Part shown: piece after piece, positions 46,231-54,936 of the stretch
Layout: every line of letters starts with the position of its first letter
Numbering within the stretch: the stretch's first letter is position 1
Assembly: GCA_023269085.1 (NCBI GenBank)
Contig: JAHFML010000001.1
Coordinates: forward strand, 11,966-75,965
From: a bacterium
GTDB taxonomy: Bacteria; Patescibacteriota; Minisyncoccia; Phycocordibacterales; Phycocordibacteraceae
Direction of reading: 5' to 3'
Length of the DNA: 64,000 bases
The notes under the pieces: generated by a model
Seen by the model: the letters and a program-made list of their open reading frames with translations, nothing else
Databases searched by the model: none
What the model was told of the DNA's origin: nothing
Translations under genes and position numbers: made by a program

Positions 46231-46932
46231 ATGCGTATGGGATATCGAGAATCGGTTACTGACTCCTATGTGCATGTCTATAATCGCGGCGCGAAGAAGC
46301 TTGATATATTTCGTGAACATGCCGACCTCTTTCGTCTTATGTACGGCCTCTACTATTTCAACAACGAAAATCCGATGTCCGCTTCGTGGGTGCGCGATGT
46401 TGAACGCGCAGGAGGCATGCACACTTTCGCATGGCCGGAACATTGGGAACCGCGCGCGCCGCTCGTCTCAATACTCGCATTCACCATCATGCCGAACCAT
46501 TTTCATATCGTCTTGAAGGAGATTGTTGACGGCGGTGTCGGGAAGTTTATGCATCGGGTCAGCATGAGTTATTCAAAATTCATCAACGAAAAATATGCTG
46601 AGAACGGTAGCTTATTCCAGGGCACGTATAAAGCTCGGCGTATTGACGACGAAACAGATCTCCACAATTTATTGGTCTACACGATGATCAAGAACCCTTT
46701 TGAACTATACCCGAGCGGCCTGCGGCACGCGTGCCAGAATTTTGATCAAGCGTACGATCATGCTCTTGCGTATCCTCTCACGAGTCTCGCCGAATACGTA
46801 GAGCATACGAGCCCCGCAATACTTGATCATGGCCTGCTACGCGACATCGGCGAGGACCGGAGTGCTTTCAAAGAATTTGCCCGAGAGAGCATGGCGCATC
46901 ATCTCGATCAGATGAACATATTCGATTTCTAG
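46231..46932 (+). CDS. IS200-like / REP-associated tyrosine transposase (RAYT)-like protein (Y1 HUH family)
   Basis: N-terminal YVHVYNRGAKKLDIF (the YHV.NRG signature of the PF01797-like family). HuH motif MPNHFHIVL. Downstream Tyr candidates. REP copies flank it on both sides. Confidence 0.65.
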   Translation: MRMGYRESVTDSYVHVYNRGAKKLDIFREHADLFRLMYGLYYFNNENPMSASWVRDVERAGGMHTFAWPEHWEPRAPLVSILAFTIMPNHFHIVLKEIVDGGVGKFMHRVSMSYSKFINEKYAENGSLFQGTYKARRIDDETDLHNLLVYTMIKNPFELYPSGLRHACQNFDQAYDHALAYPLTSLAEYVEHTSPAILDHGLLRDIGEDRSAFKEFARESMAHHLDQMNIFDF

Positions 46933-46947
46933 CCGTAGCGAACTCGG

Positions 46948-46973
46948 ACGGGTGGACACCTAGTGTCCACCCG
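46948..46973. repeat. REP-like palindrome, copy 4, between the convergent transposase and helicase genes
   Basis: acgggtggacacctagtgtccacccgt. Confidence 0.85.
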
Positions 46974-46978
46974 TCTGG

Positions 46979-48676
46979 TTATTTCCTGTCGAGGAGCCGC
47001 ACGAGGCGGATGACTTCAAATGAATATTTGCCGCGGAGAGCATGGAAGACGGGCGCGAGCTTGTCGTCCTTCTCTTCTGCGAGCGCGAGCTGTATCTCTT
47101 CGACAATCTCGGGAGCCGGCAAGAGATGACGGAAGTCTTCGGGCGCGAGGCGTTCGAGCTCAGCGAGCTCTTCGAGATGATGCACAATAGTCGAGACGAC
47201 GAAGCCACGCGCCTTGGCGACGGCCGCGAGCCCGGTCGCCTCGCGGGCGGCCTGCAGAGTCTCGGCGAGGCGGCCGGGGAGTGCGTCTGAACGCGCGCCG
47301 CTCTGCAGCGCGCGTTTCCCCTTCCCTTTTTCCCGCATCTTCTTCTCTTCACCCGGTGTGAGCCACGCGCCGCCCATCGCGGTGACGAATTTCTTCTGCA
47401 TTCCCTCGACCTCCTTCTCCGGCATCTCGGTGAACGCCTCGCGCGCCGCATCGCTCGCGGCTCTGAAATCCCCGTCCTTCTTCAAAATCTCTGGGTGGAC
47501 CTCAAGCGCGCGCTCGTTCAAGCCGGTGAGGTAGAGGCCGCTCAAGCGCCGCACACGCGAGAGTGCGACATACCCTTGCCCATATTCAAAGGCGCGAGAG
47601 AGATCGATGATCGCCGCGTCCATGCTCATCCCCTGGCTCTTGTGCACCGTCATCGCATAGGCGAGGCGGAGCGGGATCTGCGCGACGCTCGCCTTCACCT
47701 TCCCCTGCTCCTCGACCTGCCACTCCATCGGCTCGGTGTGCACCCGCACACCCTCCTTCGTCTTCACGACTGGCGTGCCGTCGTCACCCCAACCCGTCAC
47801 GACACCGAGCGTGCCATTCACGAACCTCCCTTGCGGCGAGTTCTTGGTGAACATCACCGCGGCGCCTTCTTTGAGCTCGAGAATCTCGGGCGAGAGACAG
47901 CCGCGCTTCAGCCCTTCGACCAAGCTATCCTTGCCCTTTGAGCTCATATAAAACTTCTTCACGACGCCCGTGATCGCGGCGAGCGCGGCGGTGTTTATTC
48001 TATCGACATCGACATTATGCGAGAAGAGCTGGGGCGTGCCCGCTGGCGCGTCGATCCCCGCGCGCCGCGCGTCGAGGTGTCCGCGATGCTCTTCGATGAC
48101 TTCGCCGCGCCGGATAGCCGAGAGCACGCTGAGGAAGTCGGCGTCATCCTGCCGATACTGCTCGGTCAGGTAGCAGGTGATAAGATTCAAGTCGCGCCAC
48201 ACGCTCGAGGTATAGCAGAAGATCGATTCTTTATTCCGCGATATGGGCGGCAGCTGGAAGAAGTCTCCGACGAGGATCACGGTGAGCCCGCCAAAGGGCA
48301 GGTCGACCCGCCGCACCTCGCGACACACTGCGTCCGCCATCGCGAGGGTCGCGGCCGAGAGCATCGAAACCTCTTCGATAATAAGCACCTTCGCCTTCCC
48401 GATGCGCTTCGCGACATGCTCTTTGGTCGCGATGCGGTCGATGTCGGCCGGAGAGAGCGACTCGCTGATGCCGATGCCGCTCCACGAGTGCAGGGTCATC
48501 CCGCCCACGTGCGTCGCCGCGATGCCGGTCGCCGCCGTGACCGCGGACTCGATACCCGAGGCGCGGAGCCAGTCGACAAAGGCGTTGACTGTGTGCGTCT
48601 TACCGCTCCCCGGCTCGCCCGTGAGGAAGACGTTCGCACCGGTCTTCAATATCTTGAGCGCTTCGCCTTGAGTCAT
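46979..48676 (-). CDS. PIF1/RecD-like 5'-3' DNA helicase with a C-terminal helicase-associated HTH region
   Basis: Walker A GEPGSGKTH, a Pif1-family motif set, and a C-terminal 2B/SH3-like region. Confidence 0.75.
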   Translation of the reverse strand: MTQGEALKILKTGANVFLTGEPGSGKTHTVNAFVDWLRASGIESAVTAATGIAATHVGGMTLHSWSGIGISESLSPADIDRIATKEHVAKRIGKAKVLIIEEVSMLSAATLAMADAVCREVRRVDLPFGGLTVILVGDFFQLPPISRNKESIFCYTSSVWRDLNLITCYLTEQYRQDDADFLSVLSAIRRGEVIEEHRGHLDARRAGIDAPAGTPQLFSHNVDVDRINTAALAAITGVVKKFYMSSKGKDSLVEGLKRGCLSPEILELKEGAAVMFTKNSPQGRFVNGTLGVVTGWGDDGTPVVKTKEGVRVHTEPMEWQVEEQGKVKASVAQIPLRLAYAMTVHKSQGMSMDAAIIDLSRAFEYGQGYVALSRVRRLSGLYLTGLNERALEVHPEILKKDGDFRAASDAAREAFTEMPEKEVEGMQKKFVTAMGGAWLTPGEEKKMREKGKGKRALQSGARSDALPGRLAETLQAAREATGLAAVAKARGFVVSTIVHHLEELAELERLAPEDFRHLLPAPEIVEEIQLALAEEKDDKLAPVFHALRGKYSFEVIRLVRLLDRK

Positions 48677-49158
48677 GAGGGCACAGTCGCACTGGCCTGC
48701 AAGCGGCGCGTCGCGACGAGCGAGGTTATATACGCGAGGATGAAGAAGATCATGCCGGTGAAGCAGGGGCTCGCGAGCGGCGAGAGGCCCGGCGTGCAGG
48801 AGACCGAGATCGCACCCGCGATGACCTTGTAGTAGATCAGCACCTCATACGCGACGACCGTCGCCGCGAAGACAGAACAGCAGAGCAAGAAGATGCTCAA
48901 ACGCTTCTCGCGCAGATACGTCGTCGTCTGATAGACCGAGAGCGACCACACCAAGGCGACGATGAAGCCGAGAGAGCCGTAGAGGCAGGCCGTCTTGAGC
49001 GGATTCGGCACGGTGCACCCGACGAAGTGGAAGAAGGTGTGATAGGTCGCGTAGAAGGTCGTCACTTGCGGCACGAGCTTTGACCACGCGAACATCGAGC
49101 CGACTAAGAGGAACACGGTCTGGAGGGCGACGAGCCCGCGCGCTTGGGTGGTAGGCAT
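48673..49158 (-). CDS. Hypothetical membrane protein
   Basis: ORF with 4 predicted TM segments. Confidence 0.35.
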   Translation of the reverse strand: MPTTQARGLVALQTVFLLVGSMFAWSKLVPQVTTFYATYHTFFHFVGCTVPNPLKTACLYGSLGFIVALVWSLSVYQTTTYLREKRLSIFLLCCSVFAATVVAYEVLIYYKVIAGAISVSCTPGLSPLASPCFTGMIFFILAYITSLVATRRLQASATVPS

Positions 49159-49171
49159 GTGAGATGATGTG

Positions 49172-49354
49172 CTAATTGGTTTCGCGACACTCTTGCACTA
49201 CTCTACGCTGTTCTGCATTCGCTTCACGCAATACCTGACGAATGACCTTTGCTTTGTGACCAGAAGATTTGCTAAAGAAATCCGAAAAATCGCTAGAGGT
49301 TTTCTTCCCTCCGCTCCGGAAAGCACCGAAAAATCCTTTTATTTCATTGGTCAT
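49172..49354 (-). CDS. Small basic protein (60 aa), translationally coupled to the upstream zeta-toxin-like gene
   Basis: ATGA overlap with 49351-50055. Confidence 0.3.
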   Translation of the reverse strand: MTNEIKGFFGAFRSGGKKTSSDFSDFFSKSSGHKAKVIRQVLREANAEQRRVVQECRETN

Positions 49355-50055
49355 ACAAGTATCTCAGTGAGTACATCTACAGAGTAGCGGTCATCTGCCA
49401 GACGGTCAAGCTCATTTGCAGGAACATTCAATCGCACTTCTCCCTCGTTCGCCGCATAATTTTTGATGAGAATGTTCAGTTCAATATTCTTACCAAACAT
49501 ATCCTTTACGATTCGGACATTGGCACGCGACTCAAAGAATGCATTGATGAAGACTTCTTTGGAGATTCGACGCGCTTCGCGTACCTCACGTGCTTTGGTA
49601 AACTCCCAAGCACGTATCGGATCTTGATATATAAACCAAATCTCGATCTTTCGTCCGTGTTTTAACGACCTTTCAATATTCTCAGAAGCTCCCGCATAGA
49701 TAAACGTGCTATCCATAATGCAGTTTATCTCTTTATCGAGAGCATAATCGTACAAGAAGTTAACCCCCTTGTTTGCCGCCTTTTGGAAGAGGTGCGCGTT
49801 ACCCCCAAGATAGCTGGGGCATAAACTTCGTATTTCATCCGCGTCTATGCGTACGGGCGTATCTCTAAATCTTCTGACCAGACCCTTCGACACTTCCGTC
49901 TTACCTGCTCCGGGAGAACCCGCCATAAAGAGCGAGACCGGATTGGTGACGGCATGGCAGAGAGAGGGCGGACAAAACGTGTCGAGAACAAGCTTTTTAT
50001 TATGTTTGATGAATTCGAGTGCCTCATCCTCAATACGCTTTTCTTCTTCAGTCAT
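49351..50055 (-). CDS. Zeta-toxin-family P-loop kinase-like protein
   Basis: Walker A MAGSPGAGKT plus the downstream D..R of zeta/PezT-like kinases. Confidence 0.6.
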   Translation of the reverse strand: MTEEEKRIEDEALEFIKHNKKLVLDTFCPPSLCHAVTNPVSLFMAGSPGAGKTEVSKGLVRRFRDTPVRIDADEIRSLCPSYLGGNAHLFQKAANKGVNFLYDYALDKEINCIMDSTFIYAGASENIERSLKHGRKIEIWFIYQDPIRAWEFTKAREVREARRISKEVFINAFFESRANVRIVKDMFGKNIELNILIKNYAANEGEVRLNVPANELDRLADDRYSVDVLTEILV

Positions 50056-50087
50056 GTCTCCATTCTACCTCGCGCCGGCCGCAGTTT

Positions 50088-51311
50088 CTATGAAAATCCC
50101 TCGTTATACTCCTTCAAGCGTTCGGCAGGATCGCAGAATTCGACACCCACAGGATCGAACTCCTTCGGATCAAATTCTTCTCCCTCCTCGAGCATGAGCC
50201 ACTCGCGCATATCGGCATATTCTCCATGCGTGGGATTCTTAAGAATTCTTTGCAAGTCGTCATATCCGCCAACGCCGCCGCAATCTTCTGGCGGGCAGGC
50301 ATTCTTACCGCCGGTGCATTGCGGGTAGGTTGATCCATTTTCGCGTGAGGCCTCGCCTTCAAAGAGCACGGTGTGATCCCATCCGTCGCCAAAGTCGTAC
50401 TCATAGACGCACTGTTGCATGCGTGATCCGAACCAATTCGCGACGCATTCTTTTCGTTCATCAAAAGTCTCACCCGGTTCTCTCTCTGCTTCTGCATTTG
50501 GGAACTCGATATACAAAGTCTCGCCCCGCGCACCATTTCGCTTCGATTTCGTCTGACTACGCGTGTCAATGCGAAAGGCGTGCAAATGGCTGTCCGTCCA
50601 GCCCATCGCATCTTGAATAGCACAGTGTAGATCAAAAAAGGTGTATGCCGCCGGCACGACTATTCGCCGCCACACCTTGGGCGTGCTGTCATTAAGCGTT
50701 ACCTTGAAGGTCATCACGCGAGAACCATCGGCGCGATGCTTCACTTGTCGTTCAACATTCTGCATAACCTCTTCCGTCTTGAACGCATCCATGAGCTTCT
50801 CGTGATCACCGCCCTCTCCCTTGCGGATAAGATCGCAGACCGCGCAATTATCGCACCCTTCAAACTCGGCTTTGATAGAAACATACGGATTCTCAATGAG
50901 CCAGTGGTGTAGATACTTCCCCGCCTCGTCATCAACATATTGCTCCCACGCGTCGATCCACCCATCGCCATGCTCCTCGAGAAATTCTTCCATTGCTCGC
51001 CATCCGCCCGTAACGAGGATAGGGCGTGCGCGCGACGCCTCGCTTGGCGCCATAACTTCTAGGATAGAATCGATGAAATCACGAGCCATGCTACCACGCT
51101 CCGCATCAGTAAACCGTTCAACCGAAAGATAGCGCTTCGTCGCTCCGATCTCCTTGACCCAGCATTCGAGACTTTTTGCTGAGGAGATCTCGATGAGCGC
51201 TCCTGTCTCGGTATCCAGATACACCCGTGGATATTCGCCGTCAAAAAGCATCGCGTCTGCCAATCGTTCTACATCGACAGGCACGCCGTTCGGCAATAGG
51301 TATTCGTACAT
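50088..51311 (-). CDS. pRiA4b ORF-3-like family protein (C-terminal half) with an unknown N-terminal domain
   Basis: VWRRIVVPAAYTFFDLHCAIQDAMGWTDSHLHAF...YDFGDGWDH signature. Confidence 0.55.
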   Translation of the reverse strand: MYEYLLPNGVPVDVERLADAMLFDGEYPRVYLDTETGALIEISSAKSLECWVKEIGATKRYLSVERFTDAERGSMARDFIDSILEVMAPSEASRARPILVTGGWRAMEEFLEEHGDGWIDAWEQYVDDEAGKYLHHWLIENPYVSIKAEFEGCDNCAVCDLIRKGEGGDHEKLMDAFKTEEVMQNVERQVKHRADGSRVMTFKVTLNDSTPKVWRRIVVPAAYTFFDLHCAIQDAMGWTDSHLHAFRIDTRSQTKSKRNGARGETLYIEFPNAEAEREPGETFDERKECVANWFGSRMQQCVYEYDFGDGWDHTVLFEGEASRENGSTYPQCTGGKNACPPEDCGGVGGYDDLQRILKNPTHGEYADMREWLMLEEGEEFDPKEFDPVGVEFCDPAERLKEYNEGFS

Positions 51312-51395
51312 ACCCTGTCAGAATATGCTTTCCCTACCTTTCTCGCAACTGCGCCATGCGGTGTCTTTCTGTGTTTGTTTTGATATACTGGAGCT

Positions 51396-52433
51396 ATGGA
51401 CAAAAAATCACTCATTTCGGGAATAGAGAGGCAACGCGGCTCGCAGGTTATCACCTATATAACGAGCGACCGCCCGGGGCCAGTCGGTGCGCGCGTCGCG
51501 CCAGACATCATCCCGCTTTTCAGCAAGCAACTGCGCGAGATCGCTCCCGCCGGCAAGGTGCCCAAGATTGATCTCTTCATCTACAGCGCGGGTGGCGACA
51601 CGATGGTCCCCTGGCGGCTCGTCTCGATGATCCGTGAACACTGCGATCAGTTCTCGGTACTCGTCCCCTACAAGGCGCACAGCGCGGCGACGATGATCGC
51701 GCTCGGCGCGGACGAGATAGTGATGAGCGACCTCTCGGAGATCTCGCCCATCGACCCTTCGACCGCGAATGTCTTCAACCCGCCCGAGCCCGGCAATCCG
51801 CAAGGGCGCATCCCCATCTCGGTCGAGGATGTCATCGCCTACTTCGACCTCGCCAAGAATAAGTTCGGCATCAAGAGCGACGAAGATCTGACCAAGATCT
51901 TTGTGCAATTCATCGAGGCGAGCCCCGAGGTGCACCCGCTCGCGCTCGGCAACGTCAACCGCACGCACAATCTCATCCGCCTTATCGCCAAGCGCCTCTT
52001 GAAGAGTCACAACAAGCCGCTTCGCGACGATGAGATCGAGAAGGTCGTCGAATACTTCACCGAGAAGCTCTACAGCCACCAATACTTCATCGGCCGAAAG
52101 GAGGCGCGCGAGGAGCTCGGCGTGAAGTCGGTCATCGATGCTCCCGCTGAGCTCGCTACAGCAATGAACGATCTTTATGAAGTCTATCGCGAAGAGATGG
52201 GCCTCGGCGCGACCGTCTGGAACCCCGAGTTCGAGCTCGGCGCGAACACGAGCCAGAAGCAGGTAACCTATCCAATAGCGATTATTGAGAGCACTACACT
52301 CGCGAACCGCTTCGAGACGACAATCGAATTCAAGCGCCAGCAGGCGATGGTCCAACAACAGACCCCCGCCGGTATGATGCAAGTCCCGCAAGAGCAGGTC
52401 GGCTTCCGCGTCCTCGAGCAGGGGTGGAGGTAA
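51396..52433 (+). CDS. SDH-family ClpP-fold serine protease (S49/SppA-like, soluble)
   Basis: DLFIYSAGGDTMV and HSAATMIALGADE motifs. Confidence 0.6.
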   Translation: MDKKSLISGIERQRGSQVITYITSDRPGPVGARVAPDIIPLFSKQLREIAPAGKVPKIDLFIYSAGGDTMVPWRLVSMIREHCDQFSVLVPYKAHSAATMIALGADEIVMSDLSEISPIDPSTANVFNPPEPGNPQGRIPISVEDVIAYFDLAKNKFGIKSDEDLTKIFVQFIEASPEVHPLALGNVNRTHNLIRLIAKRLLKSHNKPLRDDEIEKVVEYFTEKLYSHQYFIGRKEAREELGVKSVIDAPAELATAMNDLYEVYREEMGLGATVWNPEFELGANTSQKQVTYPIAIIESTTLANRFETTIEFKRQQAMVQQQTPAGMMQVPQEQVGFRVLEQGWR

Positions 52434-52436
52434 TTT

Positions 52437-53168
52437 TTGTTTGTTCACGACATGCTGGTTTTTATCGACGAAACGGGAGATCATGATTTGGTAAAGATCG
52501 ACCCGCAATATCCGCTCTTTGGTCTCGGCGCGCTTTTGATAGATGAAAAAGAATACGCCAGACTCGACGCGAAAATTCGAGCGCTGAAAGAAGAATATTT
52601 CGAGAGCGCCGACTTCATACTCCATTCATCCGAACTTAAGCGCCCTACAGACAAGCGGAGTGATCCACGCAACGCGGTGATGCTCGACGCGACAATCAGA
52701 CGACGATTTTATGAAGCGTTCGATGCGCAAATTATTTCCGCCTTCAATTTCAAGCTTGTCGCCTGCTTCATCCACAAGCCGACAATGGTTGGCACCTACA
52801 AATTCCCCGCCGATCCATATTATTTCTCATTTGAGAATCTGCTCAATCGTATCTTGCGTCATGGCGGAGAGAAAAATCTAATCCGTGCGGAGAAGAGAGG
52901 CGACCGGCTCGACACGGAGCTCATCGCAGAATATGAGCGGCTCTTGAAGGTCGGCCTGCGTTTCTATCCTGCAGACACACTCGCAAAGCGCACGACACTG
53001 GAGCTTGTCGCGAAAAAGGATTGTGTGAATGGTTTGCAGATCATAGACCTCATACTCGCCTCTCTCGCGCGGGACTTTCTCGGGAAGACTGCGAAAATGG
53101 TAGGGAACGATCCGTCCCCCACCTTGCTCAAAAAGAAATACGCCTGCCCGTCGACCGTCTTCCCCTAG
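52437..53168 (+). CDS. DUF3800-family protein
   Basis: N-terminal FIDETGD (DES-like) and QIID (QxxD) motifs. 4-nt gap from the protease gene. Confidence 0.55.
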   Translation: MFVHDMLVFIDETGDHDLVKIDPQYPLFGLGALLIDEKEYARLDAKIRALKEEYFESADFILHSSELKRPTDKRSDPRNAVMLDATIRRRFYEAFDAQIISAFNFKLVACFIHKPTMVGTYKFPADPYYFSFENLLNRILRHGGEKNLIRAEKRGDRLDTELIAEYERLLKVGLRFYPADTLAKRTTLELVAKKDCVNGLQIIDLILASLARDFLGKTAKMVGNDPSPTLLKKKYACPSTVFP

Positions 53169-53399
53169 TTCTATCCCTTGTATGAAAAGGGGCAAGGGAG
53201 CCCCCCGCATACGCAGTGAGCTCCCTCTGCCTTATTCCCAATATAGCACATCTTCTGCGGTCAAGCGAATGTTGTGGAAACCACCGCCCGTCCTCGCATC
53301 TCCAATTTCAACTTGCGTGCCTACTGTGCAGGAGTAGAATGAGCGCATGAGCACCCTACACGCGTTCGCTTTATATATTTTTGAGCAAGATAAAAAATT

Positions 53400-53777
53400 A
53401 TGAGACAGGAATTTGTGATAGTTTGTGAGTCGGCCATTGTCGCAAAAGATACCGGGAATCTTTACATCCTCGGTATTTTCGAAAATGTTTCCGTACCGGG
53501 CGTTCCAGTTCTGCAACCAAAATTAGTTGTAGTTACTCGCTTTAGTGAAGCAACAGGAGAACATAAACATGAGATAGTTATACGTCACGACTCTGGCATA
53601 GAAACAGCCCGTTTGCAGGGAAAAATAAATTTTGGCACAAACAATAAAGCCCAATATATCGGGACTTTTATTGGTCTTACCTTCCCTAAGATAGGGATGT
53701 ACTATATCGAAATCTATGCTGATGGCATACTACAGCCGATGAAAGGAGAGTTTAATGTCAATATCGTCCATCAATAA
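53400..53777 (+). CDS. Hypothetical protein (125 aa)
   Basis: ORF in an AT-rich stretch. Confidence 0.3.
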   Translation: MRQEFVIVCESAIVAKDTGNLYILGIFENVSVPGVPVLQPKLVVVTRFSEATGEHKHEIVIRHDSGIETARLQGKINFGTNNKAQYIGTFIGLTFPKIGMYYIEIYADGILQPMKGEFNVNIVHQ

Positions 53778-54084
53778 AATGCCTGTAACAAATACCAGTC
53801 AAAATGAAGACACTGTAGAGCCGCAGTCAAAATTAGGGTCAGAAACTGGAACAAGCGGTACAGAAGGGGACAGTAAAGACCTAACACGAGACCTCGCTGA
53901 AGTGTTTGCCAAGATTCCACTACCGAGACTGTTCCTATTATTAATGTTTCTTTCCTATATGGTAGTTGCTTTTAGTAAGGGCCAACAAGGTATTGGGTAT
54001 CGAGACTTTTTTCTCTTGATTGGTTTTACACTAATTGCTTCAATATTTCATTTTTTCCTTAAGCGGTGGCTCGGGAGCAGATAA
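53755..54084 (+). CDS. Hypothetical small membrane protein
   Basis: ORF with a C-terminal TM pair. Confidence 0.25.
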   Translation: MSISSINKMPVTNTSQNEDTVEPQSKLGSETGTSGTEGDSKDLTRDLAEVFAKIPLPRLFLLLMFLSYMVVAFSKGQQGIGYRDFFLLIGFTLIASIFHFFLKRWLGSR

Positions 54085-54183
54085 TATCTTGTTGTTATCT
54101 GATCAATCTCCCGCATAACCCGCCCCGTCTCGGCGAGAGCGACGATGATTTGCTGATAATACTCGAGGTCAGCAACAACTTGC

Positions 54184-54594
54184 TTATGAATGGCGGATTC
54201 CGAAATGCTGTAAGAACTCAAGAGTCGTTGTCGAATAGCCACTTGGCACTATGGAAACCGTAAAACCAGACATCTCTAACGCATTCGCCACAGATACGGT
54301 AGCTGTTTGATTTTCTATCAACAAAGAGTCCATTAGGCGGTAGCGAAAGAAATGTCCGTCTTCACCCTGATTCACGTATAGAGGATCAACGGTAAACGAT
54401 GATAGCGGCTTGAAAATATCCTGAAGGATCATCTGTCCGGTGTTTGACTGTTGTATAGCTCGCGCTTCCACATACACTTGCCCGCCTGACATAAATGCCT
54501 CCGCCAAAGTTATTGAGGAAGAAGAATCAGAAACGGAAAACGTCCCGCTTCCAAAGGAACCTTCTGCACCGAGAATTACAACAGACGTTGTCAT
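54184..54594 (-). CDS. Hypothetical protein (136 aa)
   Basis: ORF. Overlaps a 64-aa minus-strand ORF (54048-54242) whose 3' end is partially duplicated at 54638-54692. Confidence 0.3.
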   Translation of the reverse strand: MTTSVVILGAEGSFGSGTFSVSDSSSSITLAEAFMSGGQVYVEARAIQQSNTGQMILQDIFKPLSSFTVDPLYVNQGEDGHFFRYRLMDSLLIENQTATVSVANALEMSGFTVSIVPSGYSTTTLEFLQHFGIRHS

Positions 54595-54699
54595 ATGAAC
54601 AGTATACCATAACGAGATTCTACTGCACGATTTTATTTATTTCCCGCATCACCCGCCCCGTCTCGGCGAGGGCGATGATTATTTTGTCGAATATTTTAC

Positions 54700-54927
54700 T
54701 TATCGTGGCGTAAGCCCAATCTCATATTCACCACCAGCACTATCCCAAGCACTTGAAATCTGATAAATACCAATAATGTGTTCAGTATTTATTTCATATT
54801 GGTAAGTCTTTTTGAAGAATTTCTTAAATGCGTCCACTTGATTTTCTTCATTTGAAATAACTATGACATCTGCGTCATTGCTATTTTCCATTTCATTGAA
54901 ATATTGAGCCAGATAAAGTTCGTGCAT
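54700..54927 (-). CDS. Hypothetical small protein (75 aa)
   Basis: ORF downstream of the Mrr-like gene. Confidence 0.25.
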   Translation of the reverse strand: MHELYLAQYFNEMENSNDADVIVISNEENQVDAFKKFFKKTYQYEINTEHIIGIYQISSAWDSAGGEYEIGLTPR

Positions 54928-54936
54928 ATTAATTCA

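Noticed and set aside
46159-46443. 94-aa minus-strand ORF overlapping REP copy 3 and the transposase start
   Set aside because: It spans the palindrome and is antisense to the well-supported IS200-like gene.
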